In this document: positions 18,261 to 28,557 of the stretch, piece after piece | Numbering within the stretch: position 1 is the stretch's first letter | Layout: each line of letters begins with the position of its first letter | Assembly (NCBI GenBank): GCA_021796335.1 | Contig: JAJYHZ010000002.1 | Coordinates: 100,516-164,515, forward strand | Direction: 5' to 3' | DNA: 64,000 bases | Source of the DNA: a bacterium | GTDB taxonomy: Bacteria > Patescibacteriota > Minisyncoccia > UBA6257 > UBA9933 | Translations under genes and position numbers: made by a program | The notes under the pieces: generated by a model | Seen by the model: the letters and a program-made list of their open reading frames with translations, nothing else | What the model was told of the DNA's origin: nothing | Database searches by the model: none

Positions 18261-19307
18261 ATGAAACCTATTTTGATATCAGGCATTCAGCCGAGCGGGA
18301 AATTGCATATTGGAAATTATTTCGGCGCTTTGAAAAATTTTGTCGATCTCCAGAATTCCGGACGATACCAATGCTATTTTTTTGTGGCTGATTTGCATTC
18401 GATAACCGAAGACTTTGATCCAAACAAAAAATACCAGCAAATTCGGGAGGTAATTTTGAATTATTTGGCGGCTGGAATCAAGCCGGAAAAATCCGTTTTA
18501 TTTATCCAATCACAGGTTTTGGAACATGCGGAACTTGCCTGGATTTTGAATACCATCACTCCTATTGGGGAATTAAGCAGGATGACTCAATTTAAAGAAA
18601 AAGGGGGCAAGGCTCTGCTTAGCCCAAGTGGCGGAGGTTTACTTAGCCCAGGAATTTCGCCAAATGTTGGACTTTTTGATTACCCAGTTTTGCAAGCTGC
18701 CGATATTTTGCTCTACGACGCCGAAGTGGTTCCGGTCGGAGAAGACCAAATACAGCATTTAGAATTTACCAGAACATTGGCCAGGAAATTCAATCAGAAA
18801 TTCCTGCCTACCGGCAGGCAGGCAAAAAAAATTTTTATCGAACCGAAAGAACTTTTAACTGAAACTCCAAGAATAATGAGTTTGAATAATCCGCTGAAAA
18901 AAATGTCCAAATCAATTCCGGAAGGATGCTTGTTTTTGGACGATACGGCCGATACAATCAGAGAAAAATTGAAAAGAGCCGTAACTGATTCCGGAACTGA
19001 AATTAAATATGATCCGGAAAACAAGCCGGCAGTTTCAAACTTAATCAGGATTTACAGGGCATTTTCCGGAATGACCATCAAAGAAATTGAAATTAAATTC
19101 CAATCTTCAACTTACTCCCAGTTTAAAAAAGATCTGGCGGAATCGACTGTTCTTTATTTGAAACCGTTTCAGGTTAAGAAAAAATTATTGGCAAAAAAAC
19201 CAAAGGAAATTGAAAAAATTATTGAAAAAGGGAGAAAAACAGCGCAGAAAAAAGCGGCAGATAAAATGACGGCAGTCAAAAAAGTAATCGGGCTAGAGAA
19301 AAAATAA
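18261..19307 (+). CDS. trpS: tryptophanyl-tRNA synthetase
   Basis: HIGNYFGA (HIGH-like) and KMSKS class-I motifs, typical TrpRS size. Lys-rich C-terminal tail. Confidence 0.9.
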   Translation: MKPILISGIQPSGKLHIGNYFGALKNFVDLQNSGRYQCYFFVADLHSITEDFDPNKKYQQIREVILNYLAAGIKPEKSVLFIQSQVLEHAELAWILNTITPIGELSRMTQFKEKGGKALLSPSGGGLLSPGISPNVGLFDYPVLQAADILLYDAEVVPVGEDQIQHLEFTRTLARKFNQKFLPTGRQAKKIFIEPKELLTETPRIMSLNNPLKKMSKSIPEGCLFLDDTADTIREKLKRAVTDSGTEIKYDPENKPAVSNLIRIYRAFSGMTIKEIEIKFQSSTYSQFKKDLAESTVLYLKPFQVKKKLLAKKPKEIEKIIEKGRKTAQKKAADKMTAVKKVIGLEKK

Positions 19308-19317
19308 ATCTTTTATT

Positions 19318-19974
19318 TTATTTTTTAAATTTCTTTTTCCACTCTTCTATTTTGGCGTGATTGCCGGATAATAAGATTTCCGGGATTTTATATTTTTTGT
19401 TTTTGAATTTTATTTCTGCCGGACGGGTATAAGTCGGGATGCCGACTCCATTTCTTTTTTCTTCCAAAGATTCTTCTTTTCCCAACACACCGGTAATTTT
19501 GCGGGAAATCGAATCAATTAGAACCATTGCCGCCAGTTCGCCTCCGGTTAGAACATACGGTCCGATAGAAATTTTTTCGGTTTTAATTTTCAAATCTTTC
19601 AGAATTTTTTCCACGCGTTCATCAACTCCTTCATAGCGGCCACAAACAAAAATTAAATGATCATTCTTTTTCGCAAATTGCTGGGATAGCTTGTCATCAA
19701 ATTTTTTACCAGCCGGAGAAAATATAATTACTTTGGATTTTTGGGATGGCTTGGTTTTCAAAATTGCTTTTGTAATCGGCTCGGCATACATAACCATGCC
19801 AGGACCGCCGCCAAACGGCCGATCATCAACTTTTTTATGTTTATCAGTCGTAAAATCGCGCAAATTATGGATTTTGATTGAAATAAGCTTGTTTTTTTGG
19901 GCACGCTTTAAAATAGACTCGTTTAGGTAAGAATCAAAAATGCCTGGAAATATTGTTATTATATCAAATCGCAT
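19318..19974 (-). CDS. trmD: tRNA (guanine37-N1)-methyltransferase
   Basis: MRFDIITIFPGIFDSYLNESILKRA...RPFGGGPGMVM. Start taken at MRFDI; the track ORF extends to 20025. Confidence 0.85.
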   Translation of the reverse strand: MRFDIITIFPGIFDSYLNESILKRAQKNKLISIKIHNLRDFTTDKHKKVDDRPFGGGPGMVMYAEPITKAILKTKPSQKSKVIIFSPAGKKFDDKLSQQFAKKNDHLIFVCGRYEGVDERVEKILKDLKIKTEKISIGPYVLTGGELAAMVLIDSISRKITGVLGKEESLEEKRNGVGIPTYTRPAEIKFKNKKYKIPEILLSGNHAKIEEWKKKFKK

Positions 19975-20127
19975 AATTGGTTTTTTTATTATGTGGTCCG
20001 CCCGTAAACTTTGGTGGATGCTCAATTTTGAACCTCCCCGCAGCTGGCAAGTTCGGATAGAATTGGCAGAAAATTGTGATAATATCGAATTTCATAATTT
20101 ATAAGTTATACTTTATACTAAATTATA

Positions 20128-20934
20128 ATGATTATCTACTTGTACGGTCCTGATTCATACCGCCGCCAGCAAAAATTAAATGAAATTAAAGAAAGCTATG
20201 GCTCAAAAAATTCCATTTTCTCGGTGGAAAATTTCAATATGGAAAATCCGGATGAAATTGAAAGATTAAAAGATTTTATTTTACAGCGAGGAATGTTCGA
20301 TTTAAAAAAAATGGCTGTTATTAAAAATATAAGCGAGTCGGGTTCCGAAGCATTGGAGAATTTAAAAAAACTTTTATTCGCAAATTTAAAAAATGAAAAT
20401 CTTATTTTAATTATTTTCGAAAACGGAAAATTGGCAAAAGATTTTGATTTTCTTTTAACAAATCCGGCAATTTCCCAGGAGTTTCAAAACTTATCCGGAG
20501 ATAAGCTGAAATTTTTCATAAATTCGGAGGCAAAAAAAAGAAATATCGAACTCCCAACAAAAGCAATAGAGTTTTTGGCTGATAATTTTACGAACAATAG
20601 TTGGGAAGTTATTAATGAGCTGGATAAATTACAATTTTTAAACTTAAAAAAATTAGATGTGAAGGATTTAGAAAAAATCATTGATTCCAATATTGAACCG
20701 AATATTTTCAAATTCACCGGAGCAATTTCAAAAAATTCTCCCGTACTTGCAAGGTTAATTTCTTTGGAAATGCTGTTTTTGGCGCAGGAAGAGCCGGCAA
20801 AAATTTTCAATATTCTGGCAAAAAATCCTTATTTAAATCTGAATCAGCTGAAAATTTTAGCCGACTATGACGTAGAAATAAAATCCGGAAAAATGGATTA
20901 CGAGACTGCGTTATTTGAATTAACTTTAATCTGA
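20128..20934 (+). CDS. holA: DNA polymerase III delta subunit-like (HolA-like)
   Basis: IYLYGPDSYRRQQKLNEI resembles the N-terminus of clamp-loader delta subunits. Short for holA (268 aa), so weak. Confidence 0.45.
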   Translation: MIIYLYGPDSYRRQQKLNEIKESYGSKNSIFSVENFNMENPDEIERLKDFILQRGMFDLKKMAVIKNISESGSEALENLKKLLFANLKNENLILIIFENGKLAKDFDFLLTNPAISQEFQNLSGDKLKFFINSEAKKRNIELPTKAIEFLADNFTNNSWEVINELDKLQFLNLKKLDVKDLEKIIDSNIEPNIFKFTGAISKNSPVLARLISLEMLFLAQEEPAKIFNILAKNPYLNLNQLKILADYDVEIKSGKMDYETALFELTLI

Positions 20935-20952
20935 TTTTTCCAATAAGCCTGA

Positions 20953-20986
20953 AATGGTATACTATCACGTGTGATAGTATACCATT
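20953..20986. repeat. 34-bp palindrome AATGGTATACTATCAC-GT-GTGATAGTATACCATT
   Basis: Perfect 16-bp inverted arms around a 2-bp centre, in the convergent gap between holA-like and the 20992..21516 gene. Confidence 0.9.
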
Positions 20987-20991
20987 AAATT

Positions 20992-21516
20992 TTAAAATAA
21001 TCCCAATTCTTTGAAGGCTTGCTGATAAATTTTAACAATATTGCGGGCTTCGTCGGAAGTTAAAATCAATTCTTCTTTTTTATTTATACGTTCACTCACC
21101 TGATGCGCTTTTAAAAGCTCGCTTAAATTGGAAACGTGTTCCTGTGTTAGATTATCGATTCTTTCATCCATTGATTTTCCGGAAATGTCTTTTTCTTTCA
21201 GAATTTCGAACAAAATTCTGTCACAGCTGGAAATGGCGGCGCGCAATTGATTGTCGCCGTCAATTTTTAAACGCTTCAGCACTTTTTGCCATTCCTGGTT
21301 CATCTTCAATTTGAACACATCGACTCCTTTAACATATTCTTTGTATTTTTCGGTTTTCGAAGAAACAACACGCATGCGATGTGATAAATAAATAATAAAA
21401 AATAGGGCGATTCCAGAGATTATCAACGCAAGCGAATTAAGAATCCAAAGATTGAATATGTAAAAATTTATCAGCCATTTTCCTATTGAGATAAAAAAAT
21501 CAAGTAATTCGATCAT
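20992..21516 (-). CDS. hypothetical membrane-anchored protein
   Basis: 174 aa with an N-terminal TM helix. Overlaps the gatA stop by 17 nt (operonic). Confidence 0.45.
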   Translation of the reverse strand: MIELLDFFISIGKWLINFYIFNLWILNSLALIISGIALFFIIYLSHRMRVVSSKTEKYKEYVKGVDVFKLKMNQEWQKVLKRLKIDGDNQLRAAISSCDRILFEILKEKDISGKSMDERIDNLTQEHVSNLSELLKAHQVSERINKKEELILTSDEARNIVKIYQQAFKELGLF

Positions 21517-22957
21517 AGAATTGTCCCAAGCCTAAAATATCGGCTTCTTGAAACGGCTTTCCGATTAATTGAAATCCGACCGGTAGTTCTTTGTTTTTTT
21601 CGTATTTTCTGACTGGAATGGAAATTCCGGGTAGACCAGCTAAGTTAAGCGGAATCGTAAAAATATCGGATAAATACATTTTCAAGGGATCGGCTGTTTT
21701 TTCTCCGATTTTAAAAGCCGGCGTCGGGGAAACCGGAGTCAAGATTATGTCAACTTCTTTAAAGGCATCGTCAAAATCATTTCTAATCAAACGGCGGACT
21801 TTCTGCGCCTTTGAATAATAGGCGTCATAATAGCCTGATGATAAAACATAAGTTCCCAAAATGGCGCGACGGCGAGGTTCCGGACCGAATCCTTCGCCTT
21901 TTTGTTTTAAATAAATATCCAACAAATTGCGCGGCTCCAGATTTTTTAATCGCGAATATCTTATTCCGTCAAAGCGCGCCAAGTTTGCGCTAACTTCGGC
22001 AGTCATAATGATGTAGTAAACCGACAGCGCGTATTTTGTATGAGGCAGGCTGATTTCTTTAATTTCGATTCCCAAACTTTTTATTTTATCAATCGCCTTT
22101 TCAATTTCTTTTTTGGCGTAATCATCCAGGCCTTCGATAAAATATTCTTTCGGCAGCCCGACCTTCAGTTTTTTAATATTTTCCAATTTCGGGTTTAACA
22201 ATTCATCGCCGTATTTTGCATCAACACTGGTGGAATCCAATTTATCTTTTCCGGCAATTGATTTGAATAAGATAGCGGCATCTTCAACAGTTTTGGCTAT
22301 CGGCCCGATCTGGTCCAAACTGGAAGCCATAGCAATCAAGCCGAAACGGGAAACCGCGCCGTAAGTCGGCTTAAGTCCGACCACTCCGCAAAAGCTGGCT
22401 GGCTGGCGGATAGATCCACCAGTATCAGACCCAAGCGCGGCAATAGCCATAGAAGAAGCAACAGCCGCTGCGGAACCGCCCGATGATCCGCCGGGAACTC
22501 TTTCCAAGTCATAAGGATTTTTGGTTTTTTTAAAGGCTGAATTTTCAGTGGACGAACCCATGGCAAATTCATCCATATTGGTTTTTCCCAAAAATACGGC
22601 TTTTTCATTTTCTAATTTTGTAATGATAGTCGCGTCATAAGAAGCAGTGTAATTTTCAAGCATTTTGGAAGCAGCTGTTGACGGCAAACCTTTTATCAAA
22701 ATATTGTCCTTAATTGCCAGCGGCACGCCGGTTAATTCACTTATGTCTTCTTCTTTGGCAATTGCCAAGTCAGCCGCTTCGGCCTGCTTGAAAGCAAAAT
22801 CTTTATTCAAACTCAAATAAGCTTCGATTTCTTTATCCTTATCATTTATATAATCAAAAAATTCCTTGGTGATTTCCAAGGCGGAGAATTTTTTTTTCTT
22901 TAAACCTTCGTGAAATTTTTTGATAGTTAGATCGTGCAAGAATTCCATATTATTCAA
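21500..22957 (-). CDS. gatA: Glu/Asp-tRNA amidotransferase subunit A
   Basis: Amidase signature [13 protein letters not shown]. 485 aa. Confidence 0.9.
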   Translation of the reverse strand: MNNMEFLHDLTIKKFHEGLKKKKFSALEITKEFFDYINDKDKEIEAYLSLNKDFAFKQAEAADLAIAKEEDISELTGVPLAIKDNILIKGLPSTAASKMLENYTASYDATIITKLENEKAVFLGKTNMDEFAMGSSTENSAFKKTKNPYDLERVPGGSSGGSAAAVASSMAIAALGSDTGGSIRQPASFCGVVGLKPTYGAVSRFGLIAMASSLDQIGPIAKTVEDAAILFKSIAGKDKLDSTSVDAKYGDELLNPKLENIKKLKVGLPKEYFIEGLDDYAKKEIEKAIDKIKSLGIEIKEISLPHTKYALSVYYIIMTAEVSANLARFDGIRYSRLKNLEPRNLLDIYLKQKGEGFGPEPRRRAILGTYVLSSGYYDAYYSKAQKVRRLIRNDFDDAFKEVDIILTPVSPTPAFKIGEKTADPLKMYLSDIFTIPLNLAGLPGISIPVRKYEKNKELPVGFQLIGKPFQEADILGLGQFYDRIT

Positions 22958-23252
22958 ATACTGGGGGGACTTTTAAGAATCTCTTTTCTTTTTCCGGAAA
23001 AGCTTCGATCAAATCTTCATCAGTGGCATTAATTTCTTTTCTGATTGGATCGTCATCATTTCGAAATACGTTTTTTTGAATTGTGCCGCCAGTCATTGGC
23101 TCGATATTGGAAACATCAACTTCTTTGAGCTGATTAAAATATTCCAAAATTTCCTCAACGTCTTTGAGTAATTTTTTCTCTTCGTGCTCGCTAAGCTTGA
23201 TTCTGGCAAGTTCAGCCAAATGTTTTAGTTCTTTTTCAGTAATTAAAGCCAT
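22950..23252 (-). CDS. gatC: Glu/Asp-tRNA amidotransferase subunit C
   Basis: MALITEKELKHLAELARIKLSEHEEKKLLKDVEEIL...NIEPMTGG. Overlaps the gatA start. Confidence 0.8.
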   Translation of the reverse strand: MALITEKELKHLAELARIKLSEHEEKKLLKDVEEILEYFNQLKEVDVSNIEPMTGGTIQKNVFRNDDDPIRKEINATDEDLIEAFPEKEKRFLKVPPVFE

Positions 23253-23291
23253 ATTAAAAATAATAAGGAAAATTGAGCTTAAATACAACTA

Positions 23292-23319
23292 TTGACAAAT
23301 CTAGGAATAGAAGTATAAT
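23292..23319 (+). promoter_or_regulatory. near-consensus sigma70-type promoter (TTGACA-N16-TATAAT)
   Basis: TTGACA at 23292-23297 and TATAAT at 23314-23319. AAGGAGGAGG Shine-Dalgarno and the small ORF at 23350 follow. Confidence 0.6.
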
Positions 23320-23349
23320 TATTTCAGAAACTTTAAGGAGGAGGAGATA

Positions 23350-23493
23350 ATGTCAGAGAAAAAGACCGATGAAGATCTATTGTCGGCCGTAATGAAGAGC
23401 ATTCCTTATAATGCGCTCTTCTGGCTCATTATAATAATAATCGGCGCCATCTTCTTCAAGGGGCATGGCTGGGATGGAACGCCTCCTTTCTAA
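23350..23493 (+). CDS. small membrane protein (47 aa), not in ORF track
   Basis: Strong SD (AAGGAGGAGGAGATA) before the ATG. MSEKKTDEDLLSAVMKSIPYNALFWLIIIIIGAIFFKGHGWDGTPPF. Consensus promoter upstream and terminator-like hairpin GGCCGCC..GGTGGCC plus T-run downstream. Confidence 0.45.
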   Translation: MSEKKTDEDLLSAVMKSIPYNALFWLIIIIIGAIFFKGHGWDGTPPF

Positions 23494-23544
23494 ATCTAGT
23501 TTCGTACTGGGCCGCCCAAAAGGTGGCCTTCTTTTTTAGATTAA

Positions 23545-24192
23545 TTAGAATAATTCTGATTTAGAAATTTCTGTTCTAATTCTCCTTAAAATAATTTCCG
23601 GTCCAGTTTGATTTACAATTTCCCAGGCGCGACGATACCCTTTTGAAATATAAGTTGTAATAAATTTATTTATAAATTTTTCTCCGTATAAATTAAGCGC
23701 AATTTCTTTTTCCAAAGCAAGCACGGGAATGTGACGGCAAACAATTTCATTTTCTTTTTCAAATTCCTGTTGGAAAAATTTCCACAAACTATCGTTGGTA
23801 GAAGAAATTAATTTATGGAAAATTTCATGAGCCAGAATTATAGCAAGTTCTTCTCTAGAATAAGCTCGGCCAGTAGAATTTTCCGAAATAACAATGGTTA
23901 GTGGCTCAGAAATTCCACGAAAAATCGGATTGCGTCCAACAACATAACAATCAAATTTCTCCTGGTTTATTTCAAATCCAGTTAAATTTTTATAAGAGGT
24001 GAAAATTTTTTCAGAAACTCTTTGCCATTCTTTTTCCAGTTCCTCGATTGATTGCCGAATTTTTATAAAAGACGGATAAAATCCTTTGTAATAATCGGCG
24101 TGATTGGTTTTGTACTCATCAAAAATTTTCCGAAATGATTCGTCGAAAATTTTTGAGTAAATGAAATTTATTTGAGGAAAATTTAATTCCAT
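23545..24192 (-). CDS. hypothetical protein with HExxH motif
   Basis: 215 aa. LAIILAHEIFHKLISS suggests a zinc-metalloprotease-like fold. Otherwise unassignable. Confidence 0.5.
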   Translation of the reverse strand: MELNFPQINFIYSKIFDESFRKIFDEYKTNHADYYKGFYPSFIKIRQSIEELEKEWQRVSEKIFTSYKNLTGFEINQEKFDCYVVGRNPIFRGISEPLTIVISENSTGRAYSREELAIILAHEIFHKLISSTNDSLWKFFQQEFEKENEIVCRHIPVLALEKEIALNLYGEKFINKFITTYISKGYRRAWEIVNQTGPEIILRRIRTEISKSELF

Positions 24193-24289
24193 TTAATTCT
24201 GCAGGATGATAAATATTTTTTGTATGCTACTGCGTGTAGCAATAATACTGCATACAATAGCAGCTTAAGTAATTTTTAATAACCCACAG

Positions 24290-24323
24290 TTTTGTCTACT
24301 ATCACGCGTGATAGTAGACAAAA
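24290..24323. repeat. 34-bp palindrome TTTTGTCTACTATCAC-GC-GTGATAGTAGACAAAA
   Basis: Perfect 16-bp arms. Inner 8 bp (ACTATCAC) are identical to the palindrome at 20953; outer 8 bp differ. Confidence 0.9.
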
Positions 24324-24354
24324 ACCGAATATATAATAAGGATGATTAGAATAA

Positions 24355-25167
24355 TTAAATATTGAAAACTTTTTGGGCGTTTGCGGTAGTGGCCAAACAA
24401 ACTTCTTCAAAAGAAATGTTTTTTATTTCCGCCATTTTTTTAGCAACTTCAATGATATAAGCCGGTTCATTTCGCTTGCCGCGATACGGTTCCGGAGAAA
24501 CGTACGGCGCATCGGTTTCCAATAAAATTTTTTCAAACGGAATTATTTTTATAATTTCATCAAAAGATCTGTTAAAAGTTATTAGTCCGCCAAAAGTAAA
24601 ATAGAATCCCAATCTTAACAATTTTTCGGCATTTCCTTTAGTACCAGTAAAAAAATGAATAATGCCTGGAGGATTGTTTAGGGGGTGATTTGCCAGAATT
24701 TCAATCAAATCATCAAATGCATTTGCGCCACCCCGCTGAACAGGGTAATCGCTCTCAGCGCGGCAATGGATTATTAGCGGCTTTTGGACATCATTGGCTA
24801 ATTTTATGTGATTAATAAAGGTATTTTTCTGAATTTGCTTATTATCTTCAGAAATCGGATCCTCAGGAGGTCTTTTATAATATTCTAACCCACATTCGCC
24901 GATAGCCACAACCTTCGGATTTATCGCCAAATTTTTATAAAATTCATAATTAAATTCTTCTCGCTCAGTCGGATGCTGGCCGACTGCGGCATAAATTCCC
25001 TGCGGATATTTTTCAGCTAATTCGACCGCTTGTTGCGACGATTTTGAATCAGCGCCGGCGTTTATCATCCAGATTTTTTGGTTAAAAGCGCGTTTGATAA
25101 CTTCGGCGCGGTCTTGATCGAATTGCGGAAATTGCACATGGGTATGCGAATCAAAAATTTTTGGCAT
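24355..25167 (-). CDS. tatD: TatD-family metal-dependent hydrolase/DNase
   Basis: MPKIFDSHTHVQFPQFD start with the TatD His/Asp/Glu ligand pattern. 270 aa. Confidence 0.85.
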   Translation of the reverse strand: MPKIFDSHTHVQFPQFDQDRAEVIKRAFNQKIWMINAGADSKSSQQAVELAEKYPQGIYAAVGQHPTEREEFNYEFYKNLAINPKVVAIGECGLEYYKRPPEDPISEDNKQIQKNTFINHIKLANDVQKPLIIHCRAESDYPVQRGGANAFDDLIEILANHPLNNPPGIIHFFTGTKGNAEKLLRLGFYFTFGGLITFNRSFDEIIKIIPFEKILLETDAPYVSPEPYRGKRNEPAYIIEVAKKMAEIKNISFEEVCLATTANAQKVFNI

Positions 25168-25176
25168 AAATTTTAA

Positions 25177-26643
25177 TCAGATCCTCGGAAAAATATTTTC
25201 TCCTTTGGAAATTTTATAAACGTTTCCGGATTTTTTTATATTGCTTAAAATTATGTCGGATACTTGAGGAAGAAAAGGAGAGATAAACTTCGCGATATTT
25301 TTTAAGATGCAGACAAGGTTGGCGATTTCTCTTTTTTTATTTTGGGGATTTTCCCATGGTTTGGCATCGTTTACATAAATATCGCCAAATCTGATTAAAT
25401 CCCAAATTGCAATTAATGCTTCATGCAATTTAAATTCGTTAATTTTCTTATCAATGTTTTTTTCAGTTTCTTTTATTTTCTGCCATAAATTTTCTTCCGG
25501 ATTATCAATTTCAGTTGCTAAAATTTCCGGATAGTTTTTGCTCGCCAAAGTTAAAACGCGAGCGGTAAAATTTCCCAGTCCATTGGCTAATTCGCCGTTG
25601 TATCTTTCTTTAAATTTCTCTTCGGAAAAATCGCCGTCTTCAGTGGAAGGGATTTCGCGCAACAAGTAATACCTAACGGCATCGGTCCCGTATTTTACGG
25701 CCAAATCGCCCGGAGAAATCACATTGCCAATGGTTTTTGACATTTTTTGGCCGTTTACGGTGATCCAGCCGTGAGTATAAATGCTTTTGGGCAACGGAAG
25801 TTCGATAGACATTAATATTGCCGGCCAAATGAGCGCATGAAATTTTAGAATATCTTTCCCGATTAAATGCACATCGACGGGCCAGAATTCATGGAATTGT
25901 TCGCGACTTTCCTTATTATCCCTACCAAATCCGATGCCGGTTAAATAGTTGGGGAGGGCATCTATCCAGACATAAATGGTTTGAGTGTCGTCATCGGGCA
26001 CCGGAATACCCCAGGGAGCGCGTTCCCGCGACCGGGAGACGCTTATGTCTTCCAAGCCGCCGTTAATCAAACTCAAAATTTCATGCTTGCGGCCGGCGGG
26101 GACAATTTTGATTTCGTCATTTAAAATTTTTTCCTTGATTCGATTTCCGTATTCCGACAGGCGAAAAAAATAATTTTCTTCTTCGATAATCTCAGGCTCT
26201 TTTAAGTGATCGGGGCACTTGCCGTTAACCAGATCTTTTTCGGTCAAGAACGCCTCGCAGCCGACACAATAAAGGCCTTGATAGGATCTTTTATAAATAT
26301 CTCCGTTTTGCTTAAGAGCGCGCCACAACTTGAAAACTCCATGCCAGTGATTTTCCCTGTCTGTGGTGCGGATAAATTTATCCCACGATAAGTTTAAAAG
26401 TTTTTTTAAGCTTTTAAAATCTTCGGCGATTTTATCAACAAAATTTTGGGTATCCATTTTTAAGGACTGCGCCGCCCTTAAATTTTTTGTGCCGTGTTCA
26501 TCGGTCCCGGTCAAGAAAAAAACTTTTTCTTTTCTGTTCCTGTGATAGCGTGCCAAAACATCGGCCTGAATTTTTTCCAAAGCATGGCCGATATGGGGCG
26601 AATTATTCGCATAATCGATTGCGGTGGTTATATAAAATTTCAT
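25177..26643 (-). CDS. metG: methionyl-tRNA synthetase
   Basis: AIDYANNSPHIGHALE (HIGH) and KMSKT motifs. 488 aa, the minimal MetRS. Confidence 0.9.
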   Translation of the reverse strand: MKFYITTAIDYANNSPHIGHALEKIQADVLARYHRNRKEKVFFLTGTDEHGTKNLRAAQSLKMDTQNFVDKIAEDFKSLKKLLNLSWDKFIRTTDRENHWHGVFKLWRALKQNGDIYKRSYQGLYCVGCEAFLTEKDLVNGKCPDHLKEPEIIEEENYFFRLSEYGNRIKEKILNDEIKIVPAGRKHEILSLINGGLEDISVSRSRERAPWGIPVPDDDTQTIYVWIDALPNYLTGIGFGRDNKESREQFHEFWPVDVHLIGKDILKFHALIWPAILMSIELPLPKSIYTHGWITVNGQKMSKTIGNVISPGDLAVKYGTDAVRYYLLREIPSTEDGDFSEEKFKERYNGELANGLGNFTARVLTLASKNYPEILATEIDNPEENLWQKIKETEKNIDKKINEFKLHEALIAIWDLIRFGDIYVNDAKPWENPQNKKREIANLVCILKNIAKFISPFLPQVSDIILSNIKKSGNVYKISKGENIFPRI

Positions 26644-26714
26644 ATGAAATAAAATATTTACGCTTTATATGGAAAATCGGAATGCAAAACAAGCGGAGAA
26701 CCGGATATTTAATT

Positions 26715-27734
26715 CTACCTGATAACGGCCTGATTGGCATATTTACGGGCAGTGTAGTCTTCAATCAATTCCTGAACAACAACCACAAAAGGAATCGCCA
26801 AAATAACTCCTATAAATCCGGCGATTTGCGATCCGGCTAAAATAGAAATAACGACAATTACGGGATGGATACCCGTTGTTTTGCGCATAACAATCGGGAC
26901 CAGCAGATGGCTTTCGGATTGCTGAATTATCAGAAATAAAATAATAGTGGCCAAGCCTAAATTAAATGACTGGGATACGGCAACGGCAAAAGCCAGGGCG
27001 CCGGAAACAATCGGACCGACGAAAGGAATGATTTCAAAAAATCCGGCAACTACGCCTAAAACCAGACTGTAATTAACTCCTAAAATCGCCAATCCGACAA
27101 AAGTCAAAACGGCAATTATTAAACTTAAAATAATTTGACCTTCAAACCATTTCCCGATTTTCTTTTTTGTGCGATGAAAAACATTAACGGCGTAATTTTC
27201 ATAAGTCAGCGGAAGAACGGCGCGCAGAAAATTCTCGATTCCGTCCTTATAATAGGCAAGATAAAGGGAGGTGATTAAAAGGGCAATCATATAAATGGCA
27301 TTTTCAAAAAACTGCGGAATGAAATTGATGACTGAATAATCGCCGTTTATAATGGAATTAGCCAAAGTATTTAAACTAATTTCGATATTTTGGGTTATTT
27401 TGGAAATTCCGAACAATCCTCCCAATGCCGCTCCAACTTTATCAAAATTGGAAAATAAATCTTTAAATTCGATAATGGCCAAGGGAATTATCGTGTAGGC
27501 GATAATAATGATTATTGCCGCAACGAAAATAATAATAAATAAAATTCCTAAAAGGCGCGGAATTTTTTTCTTTTCAAGATAATTAAGCGGAGTATCCAGA
27601 ACCGAAGAAATTATGATAGCAAAAAAAAGAAGCGCCAGAATATTGCGCACATAAAAGAGGCCGACGGCAAGCACTCCCATCAAGAATACCCGCCAAAGCG
27701 AAAGCCAGGTAATTTCTATTTTCATGCGATCCAT
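26715..27734 (-). CDS. AI-2E family transporter (PerM/UPF0118)
   Basis: 339 aa, 7-8 TM segments, typical AI-2E topology and conserved C-terminal region. Confidence 0.75.
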   Translation of the reverse strand: MDRMKIEITWLSLWRVFLMGVLAVGLFYVRNILALLFFAIIISSVLDTPLNYLEKKKIPRLLGILFIIIFVAAIIIIIAYTIIPLAIIEFKDLFSNFDKVGAALGGLFGISKITQNIEISLNTLANSIINGDYSVINFIPQFFENAIYMIALLITSLYLAYYKDGIENFLRAVLPLTYENYAVNVFHRTKKKIGKWFEGQIILSLIIAVLTFVGLAILGVNYSLVLGVVAGFFEIIPFVGPIVSGALAFAVAVSQSFNLGLATIILFLIIQQSESHLLVPIVMRKTTGIHPVIVVISILAGSQIAGFIGVILAIPFVVVVQELIEDYTARKYANQAVIR

Positions 27735-27818
27735 TAGCTATATTGTAGTTTATACAAATCGCTTTTTCAAATAAAAAGCCCGGTAAAATTACCAGGCCCC
27801 TAGCTACCGGCAATATAA

Positions 27819-28043
27819 TTATTCTCTAAAGCATTTGAGGCAGGTCCCGCACTGAGGACAGTAATTTATTCTTATGGTTTCTATTCCTCCTGTTGCAGGA
27901 TCCTCAGTCTCTATGAATTCAAAAAGTGACAATGCCAATTTGCAGCATGGGCGCAATTCTCCCCTGTTTGGGAAATTGCGGAATTCTCTCCACAATTCCT
28001 CCGATAATGGATCTGCCTTTCGATCATTTCTTTCTTTACCCAT
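27819..28043 (-). CDS. small cysteine-rich protein, paralog A
   Basis: 74 aa. EELWREF..., PCC and CPQCGTC motifs. Clear paralog of 28188..28430. Confidence 0.5.
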   Translation of the reverse strand: MGKERNDRKADPLSEELWREFRNFPNRGELRPCCKLALSLFEFIETEDPATGGIETIRINYCPQCGTCLKCFRE

Positions 28044-28160
28044 GACAGCCCTCCTTTCATTAGGCTGCTGTAAAAGTTAATACTGGAAAGTTTTAATATT
28101 CTAATTCAATTAAACCGCTGTTTTATTTTTTAGTCAACAAGAAACACGTATGGAAAAAGG

Positions 28161-28185
28161 CCGGATGACCGGCCTTTTAAAAATT
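28161..28185. terminator. terminator hairpin GGCCGGATGACCGGCC
   Basis: Perfect GC stem flanked by A/T runs, downstream of paralog B and upstream of paralog A. Confidence 0.55.
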
Positions 28186-28187
28186 AC

Positions 28188-28430
28188 TTATTCGTATTTC
28201 TTGCGGAAAGGAGACAGTAGCCTTCCGCAAGCTGGGCAAATATCGATCCAATAATGCCTTACTTCGCTACCATTGGTGAATCTTACCCGACCTTTGTAGC
28301 CGAGCATAAACAAACAACACGGCCCTAATTCCTCTACTCTTTCAGCAGATTTAAAATCTTCCCACAATTCCAGAGAAGCCTTGTCATCACCTATGCTGTC
28401 ACTAAGCGGACGGAAATTATCTTCAGGCAC
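28188..28430 (-). CDS. small cysteine-rich protein, paralog B
   Basis: 80 aa. ELWEDF..., PCC and CPACG motifs, same architecture as paralog A. Confidence 0.5.
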   Translation of the reverse strand: MPEDNFRPLSDSIGDDKASLELWEDFKSAERVEELGPCCLFMLGYKGRVRFTNGSEVRHYWIDICPACGRLLSPFRKKYE

Positions 28431-28557
28431 AAAAGTCGCCTCCTTTCAGTTAAATGATAAATGCTATAACTATTTAAACATATATAGAAAATCAGTCAAT
28501 GTCGGGCTGCCCGGTAATGCTCCGAGGCCTCCCTCTCCAGAGAATCGTTATTAAAAG

